Shown here: in pieces, positions 53,550-64,000 of the stretch
Layout of the letters: each line of letters opens with the position of its first letter
Numbering within the stretch: the first letter of the stretch is position 1
Assembly: GCA_038087875.1 (NCBI GenBank)
Contig: CM075988.1
Coordinates: 22,198,001 to 22,262,000, forward strand
Length of the DNA stretch: 64,000 bases
Direction of reading: 5' to 3'
DNA from: Malacoraja senta
Lineage: Eukaryota
Notes under the pieces: generated by a model
Told to the model about the DNA's origin: nothing
The model's database searches: none
What the model saw: the letters and a program-made list of their open reading frames with translations, nothing else
Made by a program: the position numbers and the translations under genes

Positions 53550-54300
53550 TAACACAAGGAACTGCAGATGCTGGTTTATAGAAAAAAAGACACAAAGTGT
53601 TGGAGTAACTCAGCAGGTCAGGCAGCATCTCTGGAAAACATAGATATGTTCAGGTCGGGACCGCTTCTTCAGACTGATAGTGGTGTGTGGGGGTGGAGGG
53701 GACAAGAGAAGAAAAGATGGAAGAGGAGAGGGGCAGGACAAAGCCAGGGCGAGAGGATGTTTTGATGGGCAGATGGTTGGAGAAAGGCCAGAGACTGAAA
53801 GGCAGAAGGTGTGAGACAGAAGGATTGAAGAGTTGTGAAGCTGGAAGAAGGTATGTAGTGGAAAAGGAGGGGAGGGGGAGAAAATTTGCAAGTCAATGTG
53901 AGGCACAGGGGAGAGGGGGTGAAAAGAAAGGGGGATGGGTTTAGTGACCTAAAATTGGAGAATATAGCGTTCATACTGTGGGGTTGTAATCTGTATATTT
54001 TAAGCGGGAGGCAAGTTGCTGTTCCACCCGTTTGCGCGTGGCCTCACTCTGGCAATGGAGGAGGCCCAGAACATTAAGGACAGTGTGGGAAGGGGAGTTA
54101 AAACGGCTTGCAATTGGGAAATCCAAGCTGTGGCGTGCCGAGTACAAGTATTTAGACCTGCCAATGTACAGGAGGCCAGATCAGGAACACCAGATGCAGT
54201 AGATGAGGATAGAAGAGGTGCACGTGAACCTCTGTCTCACCTGGAAGGACTGCTGTGGTCCCTGGATGGAGGCGAGCGAGGAGGTATATGGACAGGTTCT
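53550..54300 (-). mobile_element. Penelope-like element fragment
   Basis: Reverse complement of the same GIY-YIG tail and terminal repeat as at 30860-31370. Confidence 0.65.
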
Positions 54301-54526
54301 ACGAAACAAGGGACTGCATCCAAAATATGACAACTCCAGGGGATAGTTTAAGTTTTGAGTTTAGTTTATTTTCATCAGTGCTGCAATACAATGTCAATGT
54401 GATACCATTGTTCTAACCTACAATTAACTGAATCAACAGGAGGGAAATGGTACCCAAACTACAGCTAATTCCTCAATAACATATACAGCAGCTCATTCAC
54501 TTGCATCCATTTTAACTGCCCCATAC

Positions 54527-54592
54527 CTGTTTAATATATTCATCTTCCTTCTCTTCGTAGTTTCCACTGCCTTCGCGACAGCTATTTTGAAC
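54527..54592 (-). CDS. CENATAC: CENATAC exon 4 (contains a -1 homopolymer frameshift)
   Basis: Reads FKIAVAKAVE/NYEEKEDEYIKQ after adding one A at 54561-54563; AAG acceptor, GTATG donor. Confidence 0.88.
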
Positions 54593-55529
54593 CTTGATAA
54601 ATGAAAAGAGAATTCTGGATAAAGCTTAGACGTTAGCAGTTAAAATGTGGGCCAAAGGGCTTGTTCTTGTGCTGTATTGTTCTGTTCTGAGTCACGGGAA
54701 ACAAAGTGTAGGAATAAATAGGTCCTTCGTAGACACAAAATGCTGGAGTAACTCAGCAAGACAGGCAGCATCTCTGGAGAGAAGGAATGGGTGACGTTTC
54801 TTCAGTCTTAAGAAGAGTCTCCGCCCGAAATGTCACACATTCCTTCTCTCCAGAGATGCTACATGTCCGCTGAGTTACTCCAGCATTGTGTCTATCAGCC
54901 CACTTTCCCAAACTACAGACTAGGGACAATTTACAGAAGCCAATTAATTTACTAACCTGCAATGCTTTCTATCTAATCTGCTGCAATGCTTTTTATCAAA
55001 TGTGATTAGAACATTCACCCATGGATGGAAATGAACTCTTCACCCATGGATGGAAATGAACTCAAGGAGACAGAGAGCAATGATAAGCAGACACATACTA
55101 CTGTTGGGCAACACAGTGGTGCAGCAGGTGAGTTGCTGCCTTACAGCACCAGAGACCCAGGTTCGATCCTGACTATGGATGCTATCTGTAGAGTTTATAC
55201 GTTCCCCCGTGACCACGCGGGTTTTCGCCAAGGGTCTCCGGTTTCCTCCTACACTCCAGACATGGGCAATTGGCTTGTTATAAGTGTAAATTGTCCCTAG
55301 TGTGTGCTGGATAGTGTTAATGTGCGGGCATCGCTGGTCGGTGCAGACTCGGTGGGCCGAAGGGCCTGTTTCCGTGCTGTCGCTCCAAACTAAACTGAAC
55401 TACTGAAACCTTCAGACAATACGGAACATCCACATTCACACTTACTGATCGGTTTCCTTTTACTGTTGCTGATTTATGCAAACCGCGGTTTTCGGCAATG
55501 CAACACAGAGCAGAGATCCCATTACTTAC

Positions 55530-55629
55530 TTTTCATAAACATCTCCTGAGAGCAGAAACTTCTCTTTCAACTTTTTGTCTACTTTATGTTCCCACCAGAA
55601 TTTGTTGGTTTGTTTTCAAGTGTTCCAAG
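55530..55629 (-). CDS. CENATAC: CENATAC exon 3 (contains a +1 homopolymer frameshift)
   Basis: Reads SLEHLK/QTNKFWWEHKVDKKLKEKFLLSGDVYEK after removing one A at 55613-55616; CAG acceptor, GTAAGT donor. Confidence 0.9.
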
Positions 55630-56870
55630 CTGCAATGAAGTTTGAAACATAATTAACAGTGGTTGAACAACCTCAAATGCGAGAGCTTCCTATTTGTTGC
55701 AAATTAAGTCAGCATGTAACATTTTTACACTGTGGTGGACCAACCAGTGGCTAGGTTTAGCTTTATTATTGTCATTTGTACAGAGGTACAATGGAAGCTT
55801 TGTTTTGCATGCTATCCAGTCAGATCAAATTCCGTACATTAATACAATTAAGTCAACACAAGTACCCATAGGTAGAACAAAGGGGAAGATAGAGTGCAGA
55901 ACAGAGTCCTCAGCATTGTAGCGCACCAGTTCCATTGACAAGGTCCAATATGCACAATAGGACAGAGGTAAATCAGACAGTACCCTAGCTTAAAGGTAAA
56001 CCAAAAAAAAATGCTGGAGATACTCAGCGGGTGAGGCGGCATCTATGGAGAGAAGGAATTGGCGACGTTTCAGGTCTCAACCAGAAACGTCACCAATTCC
56101 TTCTCTACATCTCCAGCATCTCTTTCTTAAACAGTACCCTAGCTTAAGGCAAGATTGTTGAGAAGCCTGATTACAGAGGGGAAGGTGTTCCCGAGTCTGG
56201 TGGTGTGCGCCTTTCAGCTTCTGTATCTTCTGCCTGACAGGAGAGGGGAGAAGGTGGTTTGGCAGGGGTGGGATAAGTCTTTGATATTAAACACAAAAGG
56301 CTGGAGTAACTCAGCGGGTCAGGCAGCATTTCTGGAGGAAAGGAATAGGTGATGTTTCGGGTCGAGACCCTTCATCAGACTCGACCCAAAACGTCACCTA
56401 TTCCTTTTCTTCAGAGATGCTGCCTGACCTGCTGAGTGGCTCCAGCCTTTACCGTCTTAACTTCAGTGCAAACCAGCATCTGCACTTCCTTCTTACAGTC
56501 TTTGAGAATGTTGGCTGCTTTTCTGAGGCAGCATAAAATGTAGATGGAGTCAAATGTGGGACATCTGGTCTGTGTGATGGACTGGGCTACATCCACAACT
56601 CTGCAATTTCTCGCTTAATTCTCTGCCTCAGAAGGCAGTGGAGGCCAATTCTCTGGATGCTTTCAAGAGAGTTAGATAGCGCTCTTAAAGATAGCGGAGT
56701 CATGGGGATATGGGGTGAAGGCAGGAACGGGTATTGATTGTGGATGATCAGCCATGATCACATTGAATGGCGGTGCTGGCTCGAAGGGCCGAATGGCCTA
56801 CTCCTGCTCCTTTGGCTATTAACTGGACTACACACAGCATAAAGTTATAAAAACATTGCGGATACTGCAC

Positions 56871-57038
56871 CTTGCAAAGTGTTCCAGCAGTCCTCCGTAC
56901 AGCACTGCAAGGTTTTCATTCGTGATGTGCTTCTTCGCGTCTCCATTACAGCAGTGACACCAGAAATTCTCCTCGTGCCGGGTGAAGTCGTATTTCTCCA
57001 CTTTCACTTCTGAAAGAGTCTTACGTGCCTCTTCAAAC
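56871..57038 (-). CDS. CENATAC: CENATAC exon 2
   Basis: (V/F)EEARKTLSEVKVEKYDFTRHEENFWCHCCNGDAKKHITNENLAVLYGGLLEHFAS; possible extra T at the start of the exon. Confidence 0.92.
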
Positions 57039-58360
57039 CTGGGGGGGGGGGTTCAACAGTGACGACCTTTAGAAGAGACCATCACCTCTTGGCAACAATC
57101 ATCCCTGACCCCAGTGAGACCACACCTGGAGCGTTGTGGGCATTTGTGGTCTACTCATGTAAAAGGAAGACTGATTCGTCGCCAGTGACCGGGTTCGATC
57201 CTGACCTTGGGTGCTGTCTGTGTGGAGTTTGCATGTTCTCCCTGTGACCATTTGGGTCTCTTCCGGGTACTCCGGTTTCCTTTCAACATCCCCAAAACAA
57301 GCTTGTTCATTGGTGCATTTCCCCATTTCAGGGGATTGCATGCGAAAGTGGGATGACAGAATAAGTGAAAATGGGTGACCGATGGTCGGCGGGGGACTTA
57401 GTGGGCCAGAGGGCCCATTTCCATACTGCATCTCTCAATTGATCTCCAGTAACCACTTTGAATTGCAACAACATTTCACACTGAGGACAGCAAGCAGGAG
57501 ACACAGGGATAAAGGAGTGATTATAAAGAGCAAGGATCTTCCACTTAAGATGTTTTAAGATAATTGAAACTCCTTTCCCCCAGAGAAGCTGCCGGGACTT
57601 GGTCAATTCCTGAACTGAGATTGATGGCTTTTGGAAGGGAAAAGTATTAAGTGTTACATGCAGTTTATTTTACCATTTGGCTTGTGCTTTTTATTCTAAC
57701 CTTTTGGTATGGATTTCCCAGTGCATCACAACTAGAGGTATCTGATGGTTAGCTGATTCAATTATTGTACTTTACAGTGAAGATCCCAAATTATGAAAAC
57801 AATTCAATATTCACCAAACCACCTGCTATATCCCATTGCTCTGAACACACAGAACACATTTATTTAAGAAGGAACTGCAGATGCTGGAAAATCAAAGGTA
57901 GACAAAGTGCTGGAGAAACTCAGCGGGTGCAGCAGCATCTATGGAGCGAAGGAAATAGGCAAAGTTTCGGGCCGAAACCCTTCTTCAGACTGATGTAGGG
58001 TGGGGGGGGGGGGGGGGGGGTGGGGGGGGAGAATTTAGTTTCATGAGCGAGGGCCTGCTTATAAAAACAGACTAAAAAAAAAATCAAACTTCAGCAAATA
58101 TCTGAAATTAGAGCTTCGTTTCAGTTAATAAGAACAGGTTTGGCCTATATTTATTAGGCAGAAGGTTGAATAATGACCTTGCAATTGGGTAAAGATTGGA
58201 TTCTTTGTCTCGATGAAGATACATTAAGAATAAAATGTTGTCTTTTTCTTTCCAGGCTCCTTACAAAAGTCAAATTACTTGAATGCAACTTCAAATAAAA
58301 TGTATAAGACATTTCTAATTACGAGTCAAGTATAGAATAAAAGAACCTCAAGCAATGAGT

Positions 58361-58560
58361 NNNNNNNNNNNNNNNNNNNNNNNNNNNNNNNNNNNNNNNN
58401 NNNNNNNNNNNNNNNNNNNNNNNNNNNNNNNNNNNNNNNNNNNNNNNNNNNNNNNNNNNNNNNNNNNNNNNNNNNNNNNNNNNNNNNNNNNNNNNNNNNN
58501 NNNNNNNNNNNNNNNNNNNNNNNNNNNNNNNNNNNNNNNNNNNNNNNNNNNNNNNNNNNN
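58361..58560. other. Assembly gap (200 N)
   Basis: Run of n characters. Confidence 1.
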
Positions 58561-58590
58561 GTCTTCCTTCTTCTTCATCATCTTTCCCAT
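58561..58590 (-). CDS. CENATAC: CENATAC exon 1, probable 5' part (the remainder lies in the N gap)
   Basis: gcgATGGGA start (MGKMMKKKED) in a CpG island upstream of exon 2; the first zinc finger is not visible and presumably lies in the gap. Confidence 0.6.
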
Positions 58591-60699
58591 CGCGAAGCCG
58601 AAGCCGCCGCCGGTCCCCGGACGCCGAGGATTCAGCCGCTCAAAGAGGCCGTCCTTGTCCCGAGGCGACGCTCGCTTCCTCCATTAAAAGTCGGCGAAAT
58701 CATTAAAGGTCACGTCGCAGGACCTCGCCTTTAAGACGGGGGGGGGGGGGGGGGGGGGGAGGTTGCGAGTCCCCGCCCGACAGCGCCCCCTGTGCTGAAG
58801 GACCGGAGGCTGCCACAGCAACAGCAACAGCAACAAGATCACAGCAAGCACTGGGCTGCATTTAGGTAGCGCCTGTACTACAGAACCCCCACCCCCATTT
58901 TCATTTTTAGGTTCCACCCCCCCCCACCCCACCCCCATTTTCATGTTTAGGTTCCCTGTGCAGGGCAAAATCAAAATGGAAAGAAACATCAAAGAAAAAT
59001 ATATTAGGACAGAGATACAAGGCACAGAAGGCTGTGGAGGCCAAGTCAATTGATTCTTTTAAGGCAGAGGTGGATAGATTCTTGATTAGTACTGGTATCA
59101 GTGGTTATGGGGAGAAGGCAGGAGAATGGGGTTGAGAGGGAAAGCTAGATCAGCCATGATTGAATGGCGGATTAGACTTGATTGGCCGAAAGGCATAATT
59201 CTGCTCCTAGAATTTATGGACATGCTGGAATCTCGAGTAGAAAACAAACTGTTGGAGGAACACAGTGGGCCAGGCACCCACCCCCCTTCACAGATGCTGT
59301 CTGACCTGCTGAGATCCTCCAGCAATCTAGGTTTTGTTTGCATGTGTTGGAGCTGCTTGCTATCTTTCTTCTGAGAATTGTAAATTGTAAATGCTGGAAA
59401 TCTAAAGTAATATGGGCACCCTGTCAACACGTGAAACAGAAGAAGTGTTTAATTTTAATGTGTACTGACAACGGATCGATTAAATTATCACTTGCAGCAG
59501 TATAACAGGCCTGTAACTACACAAATATGCTATAAACAACAATTCGATAAATTAAGAACTAATACTAATAATCCAAAAAAACTCAAAGTTCTTAATGTAT
59601 CAAAGCCGTTGGCTTACATTTCAAAATTGGGTTGTGTTAAAATTTAATTCCCAAACAAATCGCACTCTTTTTGCTGACATTAAAGATTGCCCTTGTGGAC
59701 ATTGTTGACCATAGCTGACCACAATATCTCTCAAAGTGACAATGCAATAACCTCCTCTTATATTACAGCACGTTTTAGTTTGAGGCGGGGCGAGAACCAG
59801 TGGAAATCGCATTTCAGTTTGTAAACCGCGATTAGATCTGTGAATCCAGGTTGTGAAATTTACACTCAGAGGTGCAAATTGCAGTAGAGTGGTGGGCATT
59901 GCAAAATATTGGGGTGGGTGGGGAGGATATTTCAAGTTTGAGGTACAATGTTCTTTTAATTTCTTTTGCGGAAGTACCCAAAGCTCGCGATAGTGTTAGT
60001 TTCAGTTTACCAGTGGTGTGTGTCTTTCTATTTTCTCCCTCCCTCTCTCTCTCTTTCGCTTTAGTGGGATCGCCGCAGAGGGAGAGAGAGAGACACACAC
60101 ACACAGAAATACAGCGGTGGTCGGGATCCACGGTGATAAAAGGTGAGGGAGATAGCTCGCTGCCTGCTGGAGCCACATTTGTATCAACCCCCACCCGGGC
60201 GACACACTGTAGCGGGTGGTAGGCAATGGGGTGACCGGTGGAAGGAAAGGCAGAGAGGTGTCAGGAGAGAGAGAGGATACCTGCTTTCCTGCATGTTTCC
60301 CACCGTTTGTCCTTGCTCTCCCCCACTGCTGTCGCCCCAAATTCCAGCAGATTGCAGCTAAACCATAAAACGTGGCGATTTCACTCTCTCTAAAAGTAGG
60401 CTTTTATACGTCATCTCAACCTCTCTCCTCTCCCTCCTGTCTGAAAGTCGTTGCACTGAGTCACCTAGCTGTTCAAGGTAATGTGAATAGTTCAATAAGG
60501 GACGATGGTAATTGTGACTGGACTGTTCCAGGGAATCCCCTTTTCTTTAAACCTCAAATATCAGCGTGTTGCTTTTTTTTTTGTTGATGCAGTGATTTGC
60601 TTTGTAACTTGAATCATATGATTACATTGTCACCTTTATGTGTGTGTGGTTGGGGGTGGGGAGGGAATATGCTGTCGCGTTGCCTCCAAGTGTAAGGCA

Positions 60700-61170
60700 G
60701 TTGGTAAAGAATATAATTGAGCAGAGTGCATGGATTTTGAGAGGGAAATGATGTTTGACTAATCTGTTGGTGTTTTTGAGGTGACGGGGAACACCAATGG
60801 AAGTGATATATTCAAATTTTATGAAGGCTTTCGGTAAGATTTACAAGGTGGAGAGGATGTTTCCACTAGTGGGAGAGTCTAGGACTAGAGGTCATAGCCT
60901 CAGAATTAAAGGACGTTCTTTTGGGAAGGAAATGGGGAGGAATTTCTTTAGTCAGAGGGTGGTGAATCTGTGGAATTATTTGTCACAGATGGCTGTGGAG
61001 GCCAAGCCAGTGGATATATTTCAGGCAGAGATAGATAGATTCTTGATTAGTACAGGTGTCAGAGGTTATGGGGAGACGTTAGGTGAGAGAGATAGATCAG
61101 CCATGATTGAATGGCGGAGTAGACTTGATGGGCTGAATGGCCTAATTCTATACCTATCACTTGTAATCTT
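60700..61170 (+). mobile_element. CR1 LINE fragments
   Basis: ESRTRGHSLRIKGRSF...FFSQRVVNLWN. Confidence 0.8.
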
Positions 61171-63490
61171 ATGGACAGGATTGGAGGACAGGGAATTTGG
61201 GAACGTACTGATGTGGATTGGGTGTTGGTAGTCAGTCAGAACCCCAGTTCAGTTTAGTTTGTTGTTTGTTGTCACGTGTACCGAAGTACACTGAAAAGCT
61301 TTTGTTGTTTCCTGGTTCCCAGGATTAAATATGAGAGGGCATAGTTACCAGGCAAGTGGGCCAAGTTTAAAGGGGATGTGCGGGGCAAGTTTTTGTTACA
61401 CAGAGAGTGGAAGGTGACTGGAACATGTTGCCAGTGGTGGTGGTGGAGGCAGGTACAATAGTGGTATTTAAGAGATATTTGGATAGGCACATGGATATGG
61501 AGGATGTGCAGGCAGATAAGACTTGGTTTTCTGATCATGTTCAACACAGGCAATGTGGGCCGAAGGCTTGTTCTTATGCTGTTCTGTGCTAACAGAAAAC
61601 AACGTGTAGGAATAAATAGGTCCTTGGTATACACAAAATGCTGGAGTAACTCAGCGGGACAGGCAGCATCTCTGGAGAGAAGGAATGGGTGACGTTTCGG
61701 GTCGTGACCCTTCTTGAGACTGATGTCAGGGGTTATGGGGAGAAGGCAGGAGAATGGGGTTGAGAGGGATAGACTGATCAGCCATGATTGAATGGCGGAG
61801 TAGAGTTGATGGGCTGAATGGCCTAATTCTGCGCCTAGAACTTTTGAACTTTACCCATGGCCTCACTGGCAATGGAGGAGGCCCAGGTCAGTATGGAATG
61901 GGAAGGAGAGTTGAAATGGTTAGCAACCGGGAGATCCAGCAAGCCTTGGCGGAACAAGCGCATGTTCGGCTAAATGGTCGCTGAGTCTATGCTTGGTCTC
62001 ACCAATGTGCAGGAACCCACATCGGAAACACTGGATGTAGTAAATGAGGTTGGAGCATCTCTGGAGAGAAGGAATGGGTGACGTTTCGGGTCGAGACCCT
62101 TCTTCAGCTTTTTCCTGTCTATCTTCGGTTTAAACAGGCTTCTGCAGTTCCTACTTACCCATCAATCACCCGTACACTAGTTCTATCCTACACACCAGGG
62201 ACAATTTACAGAAGCCAATTAACCTACAAACCTGCACGTCTTGGGATATGGGAGGAAATCGGAGCACCCGGAAGAAACCATGACGGTCACAGGGAGAAGG
62301 TAAACTCCATGCCGACAGCGCCCGAGCTCAGGATTGAACCTGGGTCCCTGATGCTGTGAGGAAGTAGCTCATAAGTTCATAGGTGATAGGAGCAGAATTA
62401 GGCCATGCGACCCATCAAGTCTACTCCGCCATTCAATCATAGCTGATCTATCTCTCCCTCCTAACCCCATTCTCCTGCCTACTCCCCATAATCCCTGACA
62501 CACGTATTAATCCACCGCTGCACCACTGTACTGCCAGGCAGTTGTTCCACAATTGGTGACCGTCCCTTTAACCTGAGGCCAAAGCTCTGTGGGCGCTGCT
62601 CTAAAGCACTTCAGTTCCTTCCTGCTCTCGCAAACCACCCTTTATAAAAGAATCCTACTTCCCTGCTCCAGTTAATCTTCTTACCGAGTCCACACACAAG
62701 ATTAGAAGTTGTTCAGCAGAGCTGAACACACTTCTCGGCATCTGCATACAATGGCGTCTGTCTTGTCGCTTCTTGTGCTTGGTAGTGGAAAGATTGGTGA
62801 AAGCTCTTTCCTTGATCCCGCTCTTGTTAATGCTTCTGTGGAACGCTGGGTTGTAACAGCAAATTAGGGCGACACAGTGGCACAGCGGTAGAGTTGCTGC
62901 CTTACAGCGCCAGAGACCTGGGTTCGATCCTGACTGTGGGTGTTGTGTGCACGTTCTCCCCTTGACTGCGTGGGGTTTCCCCGAGAGCTCCGATTTTCTT
63001 CCACAGACGTGCAGGTTTCTACGTTGGTGGGCTGAAGGCCTGTTTCCATGCTGTATCTCTCTAGCTTATAGCATGAATTGTTTGTAGACCTGTCAGAATG
63101 CGCTCGTTAAAAATAACATGGACCTGCATTTGCTCTTTGAAGTCCCTTGTGTCTCCATTGCAACCTTGGGAGTCCTGTTTTTTGAAGTGCATCACTGTTG
63201 AGAAAATCAGCATCGTCCTAGCAGCAAGTAATCACGCACGACAGCCTGGGTTTTGTGTTGCTGGTGGAAGAATAAATCTTGGTGAGGACAGACGGGAATT
63301 GCAGACGCTGGTTTTCACAGAAGGATGCCACCGGAGACAAAGTGGTGGAGTGACTCAGTGGGTCAGGCAGTGTCGCTGGGGAACATGGATCTGTGCAGTT
63401 TCGTGTCGGGGTCTGTTTGTGTTGGAGATTTGATTGTTGCAGGGAGCAGAATTCAAGACCATAAACTTTTTTTTTAAATTCTACTTGCAG

Positions 63491-63524
63491 AAAACGGTGG
63501 CCATGAAGTCTTCAATATCAATCG
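63491..63524 (+). CDS. Candidate exon with start codon (MKSSISI, phase-1 donor) of an unidentified + strand gene
   Basis: Long poly-T acceptor ...ctacttgcag|, gccATG at 63503, donor CG|GTAAGT. Confidence 0.45.
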
Positions 63525-63616
63525 GTAAGTGTTATTTTACTTTCAGAGATCTCTTTCAAACATCAGATATTGGACAGTTTTGATGTTGGCCATCATTAGC
63601 TGCTTTTCCTATCATT

Positions 63617-64000
63617 TGCCATTCCTTGCTATTGAGGGAGTGCAGGGTAGGTTTACAAGGTTAATTCCGGGATGGCGGGAGTGTCCTATGCTGAGAGAAT
63701 GGAGCAGCTGGGCTTGTGCACTCTGGAGTTTAGAAGGATGAGAGGGAATCTCATTGAAACATATAAGATTGTTAAGGACATGGGCACGCTAGAGGCAGGA
63801 AACATGTTCCCGATGTTGGGGGAGTCCAGAACCAGGGGCCACAGTTTAAGAATAAGGAGTAAGCCATTTAGAACGGAGACGAGAAAACACTTTTTCTCAC
63901 AGAGAGTGGTGAGTGTGTGGAATTCCCTGCCTTAGCGGGCGGTGGAGGGAGGTTCTCTGGATGCTTTCAAGAGAGAGCTAGATAGGGCTCTTAAAAATAG
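63617..64000 (+). mobile_element. CR1 LINE fragment (runs off the window)
   Basis: LAIEGVQGRFTRLIPGMAGVSYAERMEQLGLCTLEFRRMRGNLIETYKI. Confidence 0.85.

Larger units (their letters stand above)
42090..58590 (-). other. CENATAC: CENATAC/CCDC84 gene span, 11 exons (minor-spliceosome factor)
   Basis: Exons 2-11 align with vertebrate CCDC84 (zinc-finger WCxCC...GLLEH...[40 protein letters not shown]); convergent with RPS25 as in human. Confidence 0.93.

Noticed and set aside
56859..56870. GTATCC near the CENATAC exon 2 donor as a possible U12 site
   Set aside because: Continues GC rather than TT; the U2-type AAG|GT donor fits the reading frame.
59621..60361. ORFs as a possible FOXR1
   Set aside because: No forkhead-domain similarity; they include CT/CA microsatellite translations.

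Overview
Vertebrate genomic DNA. The repeat content (CR1 and L2 LINEs, tRNA-derived SINEs, abundant Penelope-like elements) suggests a cartilaginous fish, probably a skate; this is inference. The window holds the conserved CENATAC(CCDC84)-RPS25-TRAPPC4 block known from human 11q23.3. TRAPPC4 is complete (- strand, 5 exons, 219 aa). RPS25 is complete (+ strand, 4 coding exons plus a 3'UTR exon, 132 aa, with an unusual C-terminal poly-Ala expansion). CENATAC (- strand, 11 exons) has most of exon 1 lost in a 200-N gap, and several exons carry single-base homopolymer frameshifts that look like assembly errors. An unidentified - strand gene starts in a CpG island at about 13.85 kb, directly behind a 17-unit minisatellite in which almost every unit carries an RFX X-box-like motif. 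A second unidentified + strand gene may begin at 60-63.5 kb. About 40 copies of a Penelope-like terminal repeat carry a minimal hammerhead-ribozyme-like core; many occur as self-contained hairpin insertions with 12-17 bp target-site duplications, and some appear to have transduced flanking DNA.
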